Shown here: piece by piece, positions 11,920-26,400 of the stretch
How the letters are laid out: each line of letters begins with the position of its first letter
Position numbering within the stretch: position 1 is the first letter of the stretch
Source of the DNA: Eledone cirrhosa
Lineage: Eukaryota
Reading direction: 5' to 3'
Assembly (NCBI GenBank): GCA_964016885.1
Contig: OZ024741.1
Location: 247,814,001-247,878,000 of the forward strand
Length of the DNA stretch: 64,000 nucleotides
Notes under the pieces: model-generated
What the model was told of the DNA's origin: nothing
Database searches by the model: none
The model's input: the letters and a program-made list of their open reading frames with translations, nothing else
Made by a program: the position numbers and the translations under genes

Positions 11920-14160
11920 TCCCCCTGATTTTTTTTTACAAATTATCTCCCCCTGATTTTTTTACAAATTATCTCCCCCTGATTTTTTTTACAATCTCCG
12001 CCTGATTTTTTAAAAAATTATCTTCTCTTGGCTGGCTGGAAATTATCTCCCCTTGGACACTGGAAATTATAGCCACTTGGAGGGCTGGAAATTATCTTCC
12101 CTTGGACGGCTGGAAATTATCTCCCCTTGATTTTTTTTACAAATTATCTCCGCCTGATTTTTTTTTACAAATTATCTCCCCCTGATTTTTTTTTACAAAT
12201 TATCTACCCCTGATTTTTTTTTACAAATTATCTCCCCCTGATTTTTTTTACAAATTATCTCCCCCTGATTTCTCTTTTACAAATTATCTCCCCCTGATTT
12301 TTTTACAAATTATCTCCCCCTGATTTTTTTTACAAATTATCTCCGCCTGATTTTTTTAAATATTATCTTCCCTTGGCTGGCGGGAAATTATCTCCCCTTG
12401 GACGGCTGGAAATTATCTACCCTTGATTTTCTTTTTACAAATTATCTTCCACTGATTTTTTTTACAAATTATCTCCACCTGATTTTTTAAAAAATTATCT
12501 CCCCTTGGAAGGCTGGAAATTATCTCCCCTTGGCTGGAAATTATCTCCCCTTGGACGGCTAGAAATTATCTCTCTTTGGACGGCTGGAAATTATCACCCC
12601 TTGAGTTTTTTACAAATTATCTCCCCCTGATTTTTTTACAAATTATCTCCCCCTGATTTTTTTTACAAATTATCTCCGCCTGATTTTTTTAAATATTATC
12701 TTCCCTTGGCTGGCGGGAAATTATCTCCCCTTGGACGGCTGAAAATTATCTCCTCTTGGACGGCTGGAAATTATCTCCCCTTGATTTTTTTTACAAATTA
12801 TCTCCCCCTGATTTTTTTTTACAAATTATCTCCCCCTGATTTTTTTACAAATTATCTCCCCCGATTTTTTTTTACAAATTATCTCCCCCTGATTTTTTTT
12901 ACAAATTATCTCCCTCTGATTTTTTTACAAATTATCTCCCCTTGGCTGGCTGGAAATTATCTCCCCTTGGACGGCTAGAAATTACCTCTCCTTGGACGGC
13001 TGGAAAATATGTCTCCTTGGACGGCTGGATATTATCTCCCCTTGGACGGCTGGAAATTATCTCCGCTTGGACGGCTGGAAATTATCTCCCCTTGGACGGA
13101 TATATATTACCTCCCCTTGGACGGCTGGAAATTATCTCCCCTTGATTTTTTTACAAATTATCTCCCCCTGATTTATTTTACAAATCTCCCAATGATTTTT
13201 AAAAAAAAATTATCTCCCCTTCGCTGGCTGGAAATTATCTCCCCTTGGACGCTGGAAATTATATCCCCTTGGAGGGCTGGAAATTATCTTCCCTTGGACG
13301 GCTGGAAATTATCTCCCCTTGATTTTTTTTACAAATTATCTCCCCCTGATTTTTTTTACAAATTATCACCCCCTGATTTTTTTTACAAATTATCTACCCC
13401 TGATTTTTTTTACAAATTATCTCCCCCTGATTTTGTTTTACAAATTATCTCCCCCTGATTTTTTTTTACAAATTATCTCCCCCTGATTTTTTTACAAATT
13501 ATCTCCCCCTGATTTTTTTTACAATCTCCGCCTGATTTTTTTAAAAATTATCTTCTCTTGGCTGGCTGGAAATTATCTCCCCTTGGACACTGGAAATTAT
13601 AGCCACTTGGAGGGCTGGAAATTATCTTCCCTTGGACGGCTGGAAATTATCACCCCTTGATTTTTTTTACAAATTATCTCCGCCTGATTTTTTTTTACAA
13701 ATTATCTCCCCCTGATTTTTTTTTACAAATTATCTAACCCTGATTTTTTTTTACAAATTATCTCCCCCTGATTTTTTTTACAAATTATCTCCCCCTGATT
13801 TCTCTTTTACAAATTATCTCCCCCTGATTTTTTTACAAATTATCTCCCCCTGATTTTTTTTACAAATTATCTCCGCCTGATTTTTTTAAATATTATCTTC
13901 CCTTGGCTGGCGGGAAATTATCTCCCCTTGGACGGCTGGAAATTATCTACCCTTGATTTTCTTTTTACAAATTATCTTCCACTGATTTTTTTTACAAATT
14001 ATCTCCACCTGATTTTTTAAAAAATTATCTCCCCTTGGAAGGCTGGAAATTATCTCCCCTTGGCTGGAAATTATCTCCCCTTGGACGGCTAGAAATTATC
14101 TCTCTTTGGACGGCTGGAAATTATCACCCCTTGAGCTTTTTACAAATTATCTCCCCCTGA
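11920..14160 (+). repeat. ~700-bp segment duplicated at a 1,530-bp offset
   Basis: Markers ACAATCTCCG, GGACACTGG, TAGCCACTT (12071/13601), TTTCTCTTTT, TTCCACTG and the 21-bp monomer (~12531/~14061) recur in the same order. Confidence 0.85.
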
Positions 14161-15099
14161 TTTTTTTTACAAATCTCCCTGTGATTTTTTAAAAAAAATT
14201 ATCTCCCCTTCGCTGGCTGGAAATTATCTCCCCTTGGACGCTGGAAATTATAGCCCCTTGGAGGGCTGGAAATTATCTTCCCTTGGACGGCTGGAAATTA
14301 TCTCCCCTTGATTTTTTTTACAAATTATCTCCCCCTGATTTTTTTTTACAAATTATCTCCCCCTGATTTTTTTTACAACTTATCTGCGCCTGATTTTTTT
14401 TTAAAAATTATCTCCCCTTGGACGGCTGGAAATTATCTCCCCTTGGACGGCTGGTAATTATCTCTCCTTGGACGGCTAGAATTTACCTCTCCTTGGACGG
14501 CTGAAAATTATCTCCCCTTGGACGGCTGGAAATTATCTCCCCTTGATTTTTTTTACAAATTATCTCCCCCTGATTTTTTTTTACAAATTATCTCCCCCTG
14601 ATTTTTTTTTACAAATTATCTCCCCCTGATTTTTTTTTACAAATTATCTCCCCTTGGCTGGCTGGAAATTATCTCCCCTTGGAGGCTGGAACTTATCTCC
14701 CCTTGGACGGCTAGAAATTACCTCTCCTTGGACGGCTGGAAAATATGTCTCCTTGGACGGCTGGATATTATCTCCCCTTGGACGGCTGGAAATTATCTCC
14801 CCTTGGACGGCTGAAAATTATCTCCCCTTGATTTTTTTTACAAATTATCTCCCCCTGATTTTTTTTTACAAATTATCTCCCCCTGATTTTTGTTTACAAA
14901 TTATCTCCGCCTGATTTTTTAAAAAAATTATCTCCCCTTGGACGGCTGGAAATTATCTCCCCTTGGACGGATAGAAATTACCTCTCCTTGGACGGCTGAA
15001 AATTATCTCCCCTTTGACGGCTGGAAATTATCTCCCCTTGATTTTTTTACAAATTATCTCCCCCTGATTTTTTTTTTACAAATTATCTCCCCCTGATTT

Positions 15100-18000
15100 T
15101 TTTTTACAAATTATCTACCCCTGATTTTTTTTTACAAATTATCTCCCCCTGATTTTTTTTACAAATTATCTCCCCCTGATTTTTTTTTACAAATTATCTC
15201 CCCCTGATTTTTTTACAAATTATCTCCCCCTGATTTTTTTTACAAATTATCTCCGCCTGATTTTTTTAAATATTATCTCTCCTTGGCTGGCGGGAAATTA
15301 TCTCCCCTTGGAGGGCTGGAAATTATCTCCCCTTGGAAGGATGGAAATTATCTCCCCTTGGACGGCTGGAAATTATCTACCCCTGATTTTTTTTACAAAT
15401 TATCTCCCCCTGATTTTTTTTACAAATTATCTCCCCCTGATTTTTTTTACAAATTATCTACCCCTGATTTTTTTTACAAATTATCTCCCCCTGATTTTTT
15501 TTACAAATTATCTCCCCCTGATTTTTTTTTTACAAATTATCTCACCCTGATTTTTTTACAAATTATCTCCCCCTGATTTTTTTTACAAATTATCTCCGCC
15601 TGATTTTTTTAAATATTATCTTCCCTTGGCTGGCGGGAAATTATCTCCCCTTGAAGGGCTGAAAATTATCTCCCCTTGGACGGCTGGAAATTATCTCCCC
15701 TTGATTTTTTTTACAAATTATCTCCCCCTGATTTTTTTTTACAAATTATCTCCCCCTGATTTTTTTTACAAATTATCTCCCCCTGATTTTTTTTTACAAA
15801 TTATCTGCCGCTGATTTTTTTTACAAATTATCTCCCCCTGATTTTTTTACAAATTATCTCCCCTTGGCTGGCTGGAAATTACCTCCCCTTGGAGGCTGGA
15901 ATTTATCTCCCCTTGGACGGCTAGAAATTACCTCTCCTTGGACGGCTGGAAAATATGTCTCCTTGGACGGCTGGATATTATCTCCCCTTGGACGGCTGGA
16001 AATTATCTCCCCTTGGACGGCTGGAAATTATCTCCCCTTGGACGGATAGATATTACCTCCCCTTGGACGGCTGGAAATTATCTCCCCTTGGACGGCTGGA
16101 AATTATCTCCCCATGGACGGCTGGAAATTATCTCCCCTTGGACGGCTAGAAATTATCTCTCCTTGGACGGCTGAAAATTATCTCCCCTTGGACGGCTGGA
16201 AATTATCTCCCGTTGGACGGCTGGAAATTATCTCGCCTTGGACGGCTAGAATTTACCTCTCCTTGGACGGCTGAAAATTATCTCCCCTTGGACGGCTGGA
16301 AATTATCTCCCCTTGATTTTTTTTACAAATTATCTCCCCCTGATTTTTTTTTACAAATTATCTCCCCCTGATTTTTTTTTACAAATTATCTCCCCCTGAT
16401 TTTTTTTTACAAATTATCTCCCCCTGATTTTTTTTACAAATTATCTCCCCCCTGATTTTTTAACAAATTATCTCCCCTTGGCTGGCTGGAAATTATCTCC
16501 CCTTGGAGGCTGGAACTTATCTCCCCTTGGACGGCTAGAAATTACCTCTCCTTGGACGGCTGGAAAATATGTCTCCTTGGACGGCTGGATATTATCTCCC
16601 CTTGGACGGCTGGAAATTATCTCCCCTTGGACGGCTGGAAATTATCTCCCCTTGGATGGCTAGATATTACCTCCCCTTGGACGGCTGGAAATTATCTCCC
16701 TTTGATTTTTTTTACAAATTATCTCCCCCTGATTTTTTTTTACAAATTATCTCCCCCTGATTTTTTTTTACAAATTATCTACCCCTGATTTTTTTTTACA
16801 AATTATCTCCCCCTGATTTTTTTTACAAATTATCTCCCCCTGATTTTTTTTTACAAATTATCTCCTCCTGATTTTTTTACAAATTATCTCCCCCTGATTT
16901 TTTTTACAAATTATCTCCGCCTGATTTTTTTAAATATTATCTCTCCTTGGCTGGCGGGAAATTATCTCCCCTTGGACGGCTGAAAATTATCTCCCCTTGG
17001 AAGGATGGAAATTATCTCCCCTTGGACGGCTGGAAATTATCTACCCCTGATTTTTTTTACAAATTATCTCCCCCTGATTTTTTTTACAAATTATCTCCCC
17101 CTGATTTTTTTTACAAATTATCTACCCCTGATTTTTTTTACAAATTATCTCCCCCTGATTTTTTTTACAAATTATCTCCCCCTGATTTTTTTTTTACAAA
17201 TTATCTCACCCTGATTTTTTTACAAATTATCTCCCCCTGATTTTTTTTACAAATTATCTCCGCCTGATTTTTTTAAATATTATCTTCCCTTGGCTGGCGG
17301 GAAATTATCTCCCCTTGAAGGGCTGAAAATTATCTCCCCTTGGACGGCTGGAAATTATCTCCCCTTGATTTTTTTTACAAATTATCTCCCCCTGATTTTT
17401 TTTTACAAATTATCTCCCCCTGATTTTTTTTACAAATTATCTCCCCCTGATTTTTTTTTACAAATTATCTGCCGCTGATTTTTTTTACAAATTATCTCCC
17501 CCTGATTTTTTTACAAATTATCTCCCCTTGGCTGGCTGGAAATTACCTCCCCTTGGAGGCTGGAATTTATCTCCCCTTGGACGGCTAGAAATTACCTCTC
17601 CTTGGACGGCTGGAAAATATGTCTCCTTGGACGGCTGGATATTATCTCCCCTTGGACGGCTGGAAATTATCTCCCCTTGGACGGCTGGAAATTATCTCCC
17701 CTTGGACGGATAGATATTACCTCCCCTTGGACGGCTGGAAATTATCTCCCCTTGGACGGCTGGAAATTATCTCCCCATGGACGGCTGGAAATTATCTCCC
17801 CTTGGACGGCTAGAAATTATCTCTCCTTGGACGGCTGAAAATTATCTCCCCTTGGACGGCTGGAAATTATCTCCCGTTGGACGGCTGGAAATTATCTCGC
17901 CTTGGACGGCTAGAATTTACCTCTCCTTGGACGGCTGAAAATTATCTCCCCTTGGACGGCTGGAAATTATCTCCCCTTGATTTTTTTTACAAATTATCTC

Positions 18001-18450
18001 CCCCTGATTTTTTTTTACAAATTATCTCCCCCTGATTTTTTTTTACAAATTATCTCCCCCTGATTTTTTTTTACAAATTATCTCCCCCTTTTTTTTTTTT
18101 TACAAATTATCTCCCCCCTGATTTTTTAACAAATTATCTCCCCTTGGCTGGCTGGAAATTATCTCCCCTTGGAGGCTGGAACTTATCTCCCCTTGGACGG
18201 CTAGAAATTACCTCTCCTTGGACGGCTGGAAAATATGTCTCCTTGGACGGCTGGATATTATCTCCCCTTGGACGGCTGGAAATTATCTCCCCTTGGACGG
18301 CTGGAAATTATCTCCCCTTGGATGGCTAGATATTACCTCCCCTTGGACGGCTGGAAATTATCTCCCTTTGATTTTTTTTACAAATTATCTCCCCCTGATT
18401 TTTTTTTACAAATTATCTCCCCCTGATTTTTTTTTACAAATTATCTCCCC
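15100..18450 (+). repeat. 1,664-bp tandem duplication (also present at ~4.3-7.6 kb)
   Basis: ORF pairs 15283/16947, 15626/17290 and 15864/17528 are all +1,664; 4818/6482 is also +1,664. Confidence 0.9.
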
Positions 18451-20499
18451 CTGATTTTTGTTTACAAATTATCTCCGCCTGATTTTTTTTTTTAAATTAT
18501 CTCCCCTTGGACGGCTGGAAATTATCTCCCCTTGGACGGCTAGAAATTACCTCTCCTTGGACGGCTGAAAATTATCTCCCCTTGGACGGCTGGAAATTAT
18601 CTCCCCTTGATTTTTTTACAAATTATCTCCCCCTGATTTTTTTTTACAAATTATCTACCCCTGATTTTTTTTTACAAATTATCTCCCCCTGATTTTTTTT
18701 ACAAATTATCTCCCCCTGATTTTTTTTTACAAATTATCTCCCCCTGATTTTTTTACAAATTATCTCCCCCTGATTTTTTTAAATATTATCTCTCCTTGGC
18801 TGGCGGGAAATTATCTCCCCTTGGACGGCTGGAAATTATCTCCCCTTGGAAGGATGGAAATTATCTCCCCTTGGACGGCTAGAAATTATCTCTCTTTGGA
18901 CGGCTGGAAATTATCACCCCTTGAGTTTTTTACAAATTATCTCCGCCTGATTTTTTTTACAAATCTCCCAGTGATTTTTAAAAAAAAATTATCTCCCCTT
19001 CGCTGGCTGGAAATTATCTCCCCTTGGACGCTGGAAATTATAGCCCCTTGGAGGGCTTGAAATTATCTTCCCTTGGACGGCTGGAAATTATCTCCCCTTG
19101 ATTTTTTTTTACAAATTATCTCCCCCTGATTTTTTTTTACAAATTATCTCCCCCTGATTTTTTTTTACAACTTATCTGCGCCTGATTTTTTAAAAAAAAT
19201 TATCTCCCCTTGGACGGCTGGAAATTATCTCCCCTTGGACGGCTGGAAATTATCTCTCCTTGGACGGCTAGAATTTACCTCTCCTTGGACGGCTGAAAAT
19301 TATCTCCCCTTGGACGGCTGGAAATTATCTCCCCTTGATTTTTTTTTTACAAATTATCTCCCCCTGATTTTTTTTTACGAATTATCTCCCCCTGATTTTT
19401 TTTTACAAATTATCTCCCCCTGATTTTTTTTTACAAATTATATCCCCCTGATTTTTTTTACAAATTATCTCCCTCTGATTTTTTTACAAATTATCTCCCC
19501 TTGGCTGGCTGGAAATTATCTCCCCTAGGAGGCTGGAACTTATCTCCCCTTGGACGGCTAGAAATTACCTCTCTTTGGACGGCTGGAAAATATGTCTCCT
19601 TGGACGGCTGGATATTATCTCCCCTTGGACGGCTGGAAATTATCTCCCCTTGGACGGCTGGAAATTATCTCCCCTTGGATGGCTAGATATTACCTCCCCT
19701 TGGACGGCTGGAAATTATCTCCCCTTGATTTTTTTTTACAAATTATCTCCCCCTGATTTTTTTTTACAAATTATCTCCCCCGATTTTTTTTTACAAATTA
19801 TCTCTCCCTGATTTTTTTTTACAAATTATCTCCCCCTGATTTTTGTTTACAAATTATCTCCCCTTGGACGGCTGGAAATTATCTCCCCTTGGACGGCTAG
19901 AAATTACCTCTCCTTGGACGGCTGAAAATTATCCTCCCTTGGACGGCTGGAAATTATCTCCCCTTGATTTTTTTTACAAATTATCTCCCCCTGATTTTTT
20001 TTTTACAAATTATCTCACCCTGATTTTTTTTACAAATTATCTACCCCTGATTTTTTTTTACAAATTATCTCCCCCTGATTTTTTTTACAAATTATCTCCC
20101 ACTGATTTTTTTTTTACAAATTATCTCCCCCTGATTTTTTTACAAATTATCTCCCCCTGATTTTTTTTACAAATTATATCCGCCTGATTTTTTTAAATAT
20201 TATCTCTCCTTGGCTGGCGGGAAATTATCTCCCCTTGGACGGCTGGAAATTATCTCCCCTTGGAAGGATGGAAATTATCTCCCCTTGGACGGCTGGAAAT
20301 TATCTACCCCTGATTTTTTTTACAAATTATCTCCCCCTGATTTTTTTTACAAATTATCTCCCCCTGATTTTTTTTTTACAAATTATCTCCGCCTGATTTT
20401 TTAAAATATTATCTTACCTTGGCTGGCGGGAAATTATCTCCCCTTGGACGGCTGAAAATTATCTCCCCTTGGACGGCTGGAAATTATCTCCCCTTGATT

Positions 20500-23400
20500 T
20501 TTTTTACAAATTATCTCCCCCTGATTTTTTTTTACAAATTATCTCCCCCTGATTTTTTTTACAAATTATCTCCCCCCTGATTTTTTTACAAATTATCTCC
20601 CCTTGGCTGGCTGGAAATTATCTCCCCTTGGAGGCTGGAACTTATCTCCCCTTGGACGGCTAGAAATTACCTCTCCTTGGACGGCTGGAAAATATGTCTC
20701 CTTGGACGGCTGGATATTATCTCCCCTTGGACGGCTGGAAATTATCTCCCCTTGGACGGCTGGAAATTATCTCCCCTTGGATGGCTAGATATTACCTCCC
20801 CTTGGACGGCTGGAAATTATCTCCCTTTGATTTTTTTTACAAATTATCTCCCCCTGATTTTTTTTTACAAATTATCTCCCCCTGATTTTTTTTACAAATT
20901 ATCTCCCCCTGATTTTTGTTTACAAATTATCTCCGCCTGATTTTTTTTAAAAAATTATCTCCCCTTGGACGGCTGGAAATTATCTCCCCTTGGACGGCTA
21001 GAAATTACCTCTCCTTGGACGGCTGAAAATTATCTCCCCTTGGACGGCTGGAAATTATCTCCCCTTGATTTTTTTACAAATTATCTCCCCCTGATTTTTT
21101 TTTTACAAATTATCTCCCCCTGATTTTTTTTTACAAATTATCTACCCCTGATTTTTTTTTACAAATTATCTCCCCCTGATTTTTTTTACAAATTATCTCC
21201 CCCTGATTTTTTTTTACAAATTATCTCCCCCTGATTTTTTTACAAATTATCTCCCCCTGATTTTTTTTACAAATTATCTCCGCCTGATTTTTTTAAATAT
21301 TATCTCTCCTTGGCTGGCGGGAAATTATCTCCCCTTGGACGGCTGGAAATTATCTCCCCTTGGAAGGATGGAAATTATCTCCCCTTGGACGGCTAGAAAT
21401 TATCTCTCTTTGGACGGCTGGAAATTATCACCCCTTGAGTTTTTTACAAATTATCTCCCCCTGATTTTTTTTACAAATCTCCCAGTGATTTTTAAAAAAA
21501 AATTATCTCCCCTTCGCTGGCTGGAAATTATCTCCCCTTGGACGCTGGAAATTATAGCCCCTTGGAGGGCTTGAAATTATCTTCCCTTGGACGGCTGGAA
21601 ATTATCTCCCCTTGATTTTTTTTTACAAATTATCTCCCCCTGATTTTTTTTTACAAATTATCTCCCCCTGATTTTTTTTTACAACTTATCTGCGCCAGAT
21701 TTTTTTAAAAAAATTATCTCCCCTTGGACGGCTGGAAATTATCTCCCCTTGGACGGCTGGAAATTATCTCTCCTTGGACGGCTAGAATTTACCTCTCCTT
21801 GGACGGCTGAAAATTATCTCCCCTTGGACGGCTGGAAATTATCTCCCCTTGATTTTTTTTACAAATTATCTCCCCCTGATTTTTTTTTACGAATTATCTC
21901 CCCCTGATTTTTTTTTACAAATTATCTCCCCCTGATTTTTTTTTACAAATTATCTCCCCCTGATTTTTTTTACAAATTATCTCCCTCTGATTGTTTTACA
22001 AATTATCTCCCCTTGGCTGGCTGGAAATTATCTCCCCTAGGAGGCTGGAACTTATCTCCCCTTGGACGGCTAGAAATTACCTCTCTTTGGACGGCTGGAA
22101 AATATGTCTCCTTGGACGGCTGGATATTATCTCCCCTTGGACGGCTGGAAATTATCTCCCCTTGGACGGCTGGAAATTATCTCCCCTTGGATGGCTAGAT
22201 ATTACCTCCCCTTGGACGGCTGGAAATTATCTCCCCTTGATTTTTTTTACAAATTATCTCCCCCTGATTTTTTTTTACAAATTATCTCCCCCGATTTTTT
22301 TTTACAAATTATCTCCCCCTGATTTTTTTTTACAAATTATCTCCCCCTGATTTTTGTTTACAAATTATCTCCCCTTGGACGGCTGGAAATTATCTCCCCT
22401 TGGACGGCTAGAAATTACCTCTCCTTGGACGGCTGAAAATTATCCTCCCTTGGACGGCTGGAAATTATCTCCCCTTGATTTTTTTACAAATTATCTCCCC
22501 CTGATTTTTTTTTTACAAATTATCTCACCCTGATTTTTTTTACAAATTATCTACCCCTGATTTTTTTTTACAAATTATCTCCCCCTGATTTTTTTTACAA
22601 ATTATTTCCCACTGATTTTTTTTTTACAAATTATCTCCCCCTGATTTTTTTACAAATTATCTCCCCCTGATTTTTTTTTTACAAATTATCTCACCCTGAT
22701 TTTTTTTACAAATTATCTACCCCTGATTTTTTTTTACAAATTATCTCCCCCTGATTTTTTTTACAAATTATCTCCCACTGATTTTTTTTTTACAAATTAT
22801 CTCCCCCTGATTTTTTTACAAATTATCTCCCCCTGATTTTTTTTACAAATTATATCCGCCTGATTTTTTTAAATATTATCTCTCCTTGGCTGGCGGGAAA
22901 TTATCTCCCCTTGGACGGCTGGAAATTATCTCCCCTTGGAAGGATGGAAATTATCTCCCCTTGGACGGCTAGAAATTATCTCTCTTTGGACGGCTGGAAA
23001 TTATCACCCCTTGAGCTTTTTACAAATTATCTCCCCCTGATTTTTTTTACAAATCTCCCTGTGATTTTTTAAAAAAAATTATCTCCCCTTCGCTGGCTGG
23101 AAATTATCTCCCCTTGGACGCTGGAAATTATAGCCCCTTGGAGGGCTGGAAATTATCTTCCCATGGACGGCTGGAAATTATCTCCCCTTGATTTTTTTTA
23201 CAAATTATCTCCCCCTGATTTTTTTTTACAAATTATCTCCCCCTGATTTTTTTTACAACTTATCTGCGCCTGATTTTTTTTTAAAAATTATCTCCCCTTG
23301 GACGGCTGGAAATTATCTCCCCTTGGACGGCTGGAAATTATCTCTCCTTGGACGGCTAGAATTTACCTCTCCTTGGACGGCTGAAAATTATCTCCCCTTG

Positions 23401-26400
23401 GACGGCTGGAAATTATCTCCCCTTGATTTTTTTTACAAATTATCTCCCCCTGATTTTTTTTTACAAATTATCTCCCCCTGATTTTTTTTACAAATTATCT
23501 ACCCCTGATTTTTTTTTACAAATTATCTCCCCTTGGCTGGCTGGAAATTATCTCCCCTTGGAGGCTGGAACTTATCTCCCCTTGGACGGCTAGAAATTAC
23601 CTCTCCTTGGACGGCTGGAAAATATGTCTCCTTGGACGGCTGGATATTATCTCCCCTTGGACGGCTGGAAATTATCTCCCCTTGGACGGCTGAAAATTAT
23701 CTCCCCTTGATTTTTTTTACAAATTATCTCCCCCTGATTTTTTTTTACAAATTATCTCCCCCTGATTTTTGTTTACAAATTATCTCCGCCTGATTTTTTA
23801 AAAAAATTATCTCCCCTTGGACGGCTGGAAATTATCTCCCCTTGGACGGATAGAAATTACCTCTCCTTGGACGGCTGAAAATTATCTCCCCTTTGACGGC
23901 TGGAAATTATCTCCCCTTGATTTTTTTACAAATTATCTCCCCCTGATTTTTTTTTTACAAATTATCTCCCCCTGATTTTTTTTTTACAAATTATCTACCC
24001 CTGATTTTTTTTTACAAATTATCTCCCCCTGATTTTTTTTACAAATTATCTCCCACTGATTTTTTTTTTACAAATTATCTCCCCCTGATTTTTTTACAAA
24101 TTATCTCCCCCTGATTTTTTTTACAAATTATATCCGCCTGATTTTTTTAAATATTATCTCTCCTTGGCTGGCGGGAAATTATCTCCCCTTGGACGGCTGG
24201 AAATTATCTCCCCTTGGAAGGATGGAAATTATCTCCCCTTGGACGGCTAGAAATTATCTCTCTTTGGACGGCTGGAAATTATCACCCCTTGAGCTTTTTA
24301 CAAATTATCTCCCCCTGATTTTTTTTACAAATCTCCCTGTGATTTTTTAAAAAAAATTATCTCCCCTTCGCTGGCTGGAAATTATCTCCCCTTGGACGCT
24401 GGAAATTATAGCCCCTTGGAGGGCTGGAAATTATCTTCCCATGGACGGCTGGAAATTATCTCCCCTTGATTTTTTTTACAAATTATCTCCCCCTGATTTT
24501 TTTTTACAAATTATCTCCCCCTGATTTTTTTTACAACTTATCTGCGCCTGATTTTTTTTTAAAAATTATCTCCCCTTGGACGGCTGGAAATTATCTCCCC
24601 TTGGACGGCTGGAAATTATCTCTCCTTGGACGGCTAGAATTTACCTCTCCTTGGACGGCTGAAAATTATCTCCCCTTGGACGGCTGGAAATTATCTCCCC
24701 TTGATTTTTTTTACAAATTATCTCCCCCTGATTTTTTTTTACAAATTATCTCCCCCTGATTTTTTTTTACAAATTATCTACCCCTGATTTTTTTTTACAA
24801 ATTATCTCCCCTTGGCTGGCTGGAAATTATCTCCCCTTGGAGGCTGGAACTTATCTCCCCTTGGACGGCTAGAAATTACCTCTCCTTGGACGGCTGGAAA
24901 ATATGTCTCCTTGGACGGCTGGATATTATCTCCCCTTGGACGGCTGGAAATTATCTCCCCTTGGACGGCTGAAAATTATCTCCCCTTGATTTTTTTTACA
25001 AATTATCTCCCCCTGATTTTTTTTTACAAATTATCTCCCCCTGATTTTTGTTTACAAATTATCTCCGCCTGATTTTTTAAAAAAATTATCTCCCCTTGGA
25101 CGGCTGGAAATTATCTCCCCTTGGACGGATAGAAATTACCTCTCCTTGGACGGCTGAAAATTATCTCCCCTTTGACGGCTGGAAATTATCTCCCCTTGAT
25201 TTTTTTACAAATTATCTCCCCCTGATTTTTTTTTTACAAATTATCTCCCCCTGATTTTTTTTTACAAATTATCTACCCCTGATTTTTTTTTACAAATTAT
25301 CTCCCCCTGATTTTTTTTACAAATTATCTCCCCCTGATTTTTTTTTACAAATTATCTCCCCCTGATTTTTTTACAAATTATCTCCCCCTGATTTTTTTTA
25401 CAAATTATCTCCGCCTGATTTTTTTAAATATTATCTCTCCTTGGCTGGCGGGAAATTATCTCCCCTTGGACGGCTGGAAATTATCTCCCCTTGGAAGGAT
25501 GGAAATTATCTCCCCTTGGACGGCTGGAAATTATCTACCCCTGATTTTTTTTACAAATTATCTCCCCCTGATTTTTTTTACAAATTATCTCCCCCTGATT
25601 TTTTTTACAAATTATCTACCCCTGATTTTTTTTACAAATTATCTCCCCCTGATTTTTTTTACAAATTATCTCCCCCTGATTTTTTTTTTACAAATTATCT
25701 CACCCTGATTTTTTTACAAATTATCTCCCCCTGATTTTTTTTACAAATTATCTCCGCCTGATTTTTTTAAATATTATCTTCCCTTGGCTGGCGGGAAATT
25801 ATCTCCCCTTGAAGGGCTGAAAATTATCTCCCCTTGGACGGCTGGAAATTATCTCCCCTTGATTTTTTTTACAAATTATCTCCCCCTGATTTTTTTTTAC
25901 AAATTATCTCCCCCTGATTTTTTTTACAAATTATCTCCCCCTGATTTTTTTTTACAAATTATCTGCCGCTGATTTTTTTTACAAATTATCTCCCCCTGAT
26001 TTTTTTACAAATTATCTCCCCTTGGCTGGCTGGAAATTACCTCCCCTTGGAGGCTGGAATTTATCTCCCCTTGGACGGCTAGAAATTACCTCTCCTTGGA
26101 CGGCTGGAAAATATGTCTCCTTGGACGGCTGGATATTATCTCCCCTTGGACGGCTGGAAATTATCTCCCCTTGGACGGCTGGAAATTATCTCCCCTTGGA
26201 CGGATAGATATTACCTCCCCTTGGACGGCTGGAAATTATCTCCCCTTGATTTTTTTTACAAATTATCTCCCCCTGATTTTTTTTTACAAATTATCTCCCC
26301 CTGATTTTTTTTTACAAATTATCTCCCCCTGATTTTTTTTTTACAAATTATCTCCGCTTGATTTTTTAAAAAAATTATCTCCCCTTGGACGGCTGGAAAT

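Larger units (their letters stand above)
8739..19500 (+). repeat. Higher-order repeat unit, copy 2 (~10.8 kb; ~2.07 kb longer than copy 1)
   Basis: The offset to copy 1 is 8,738-8,739 up to ~12,400, then 10,781-10,811 (3873/14654, 5056/15864, 6139/16947, 7333/18144). Confidence 0.85.
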
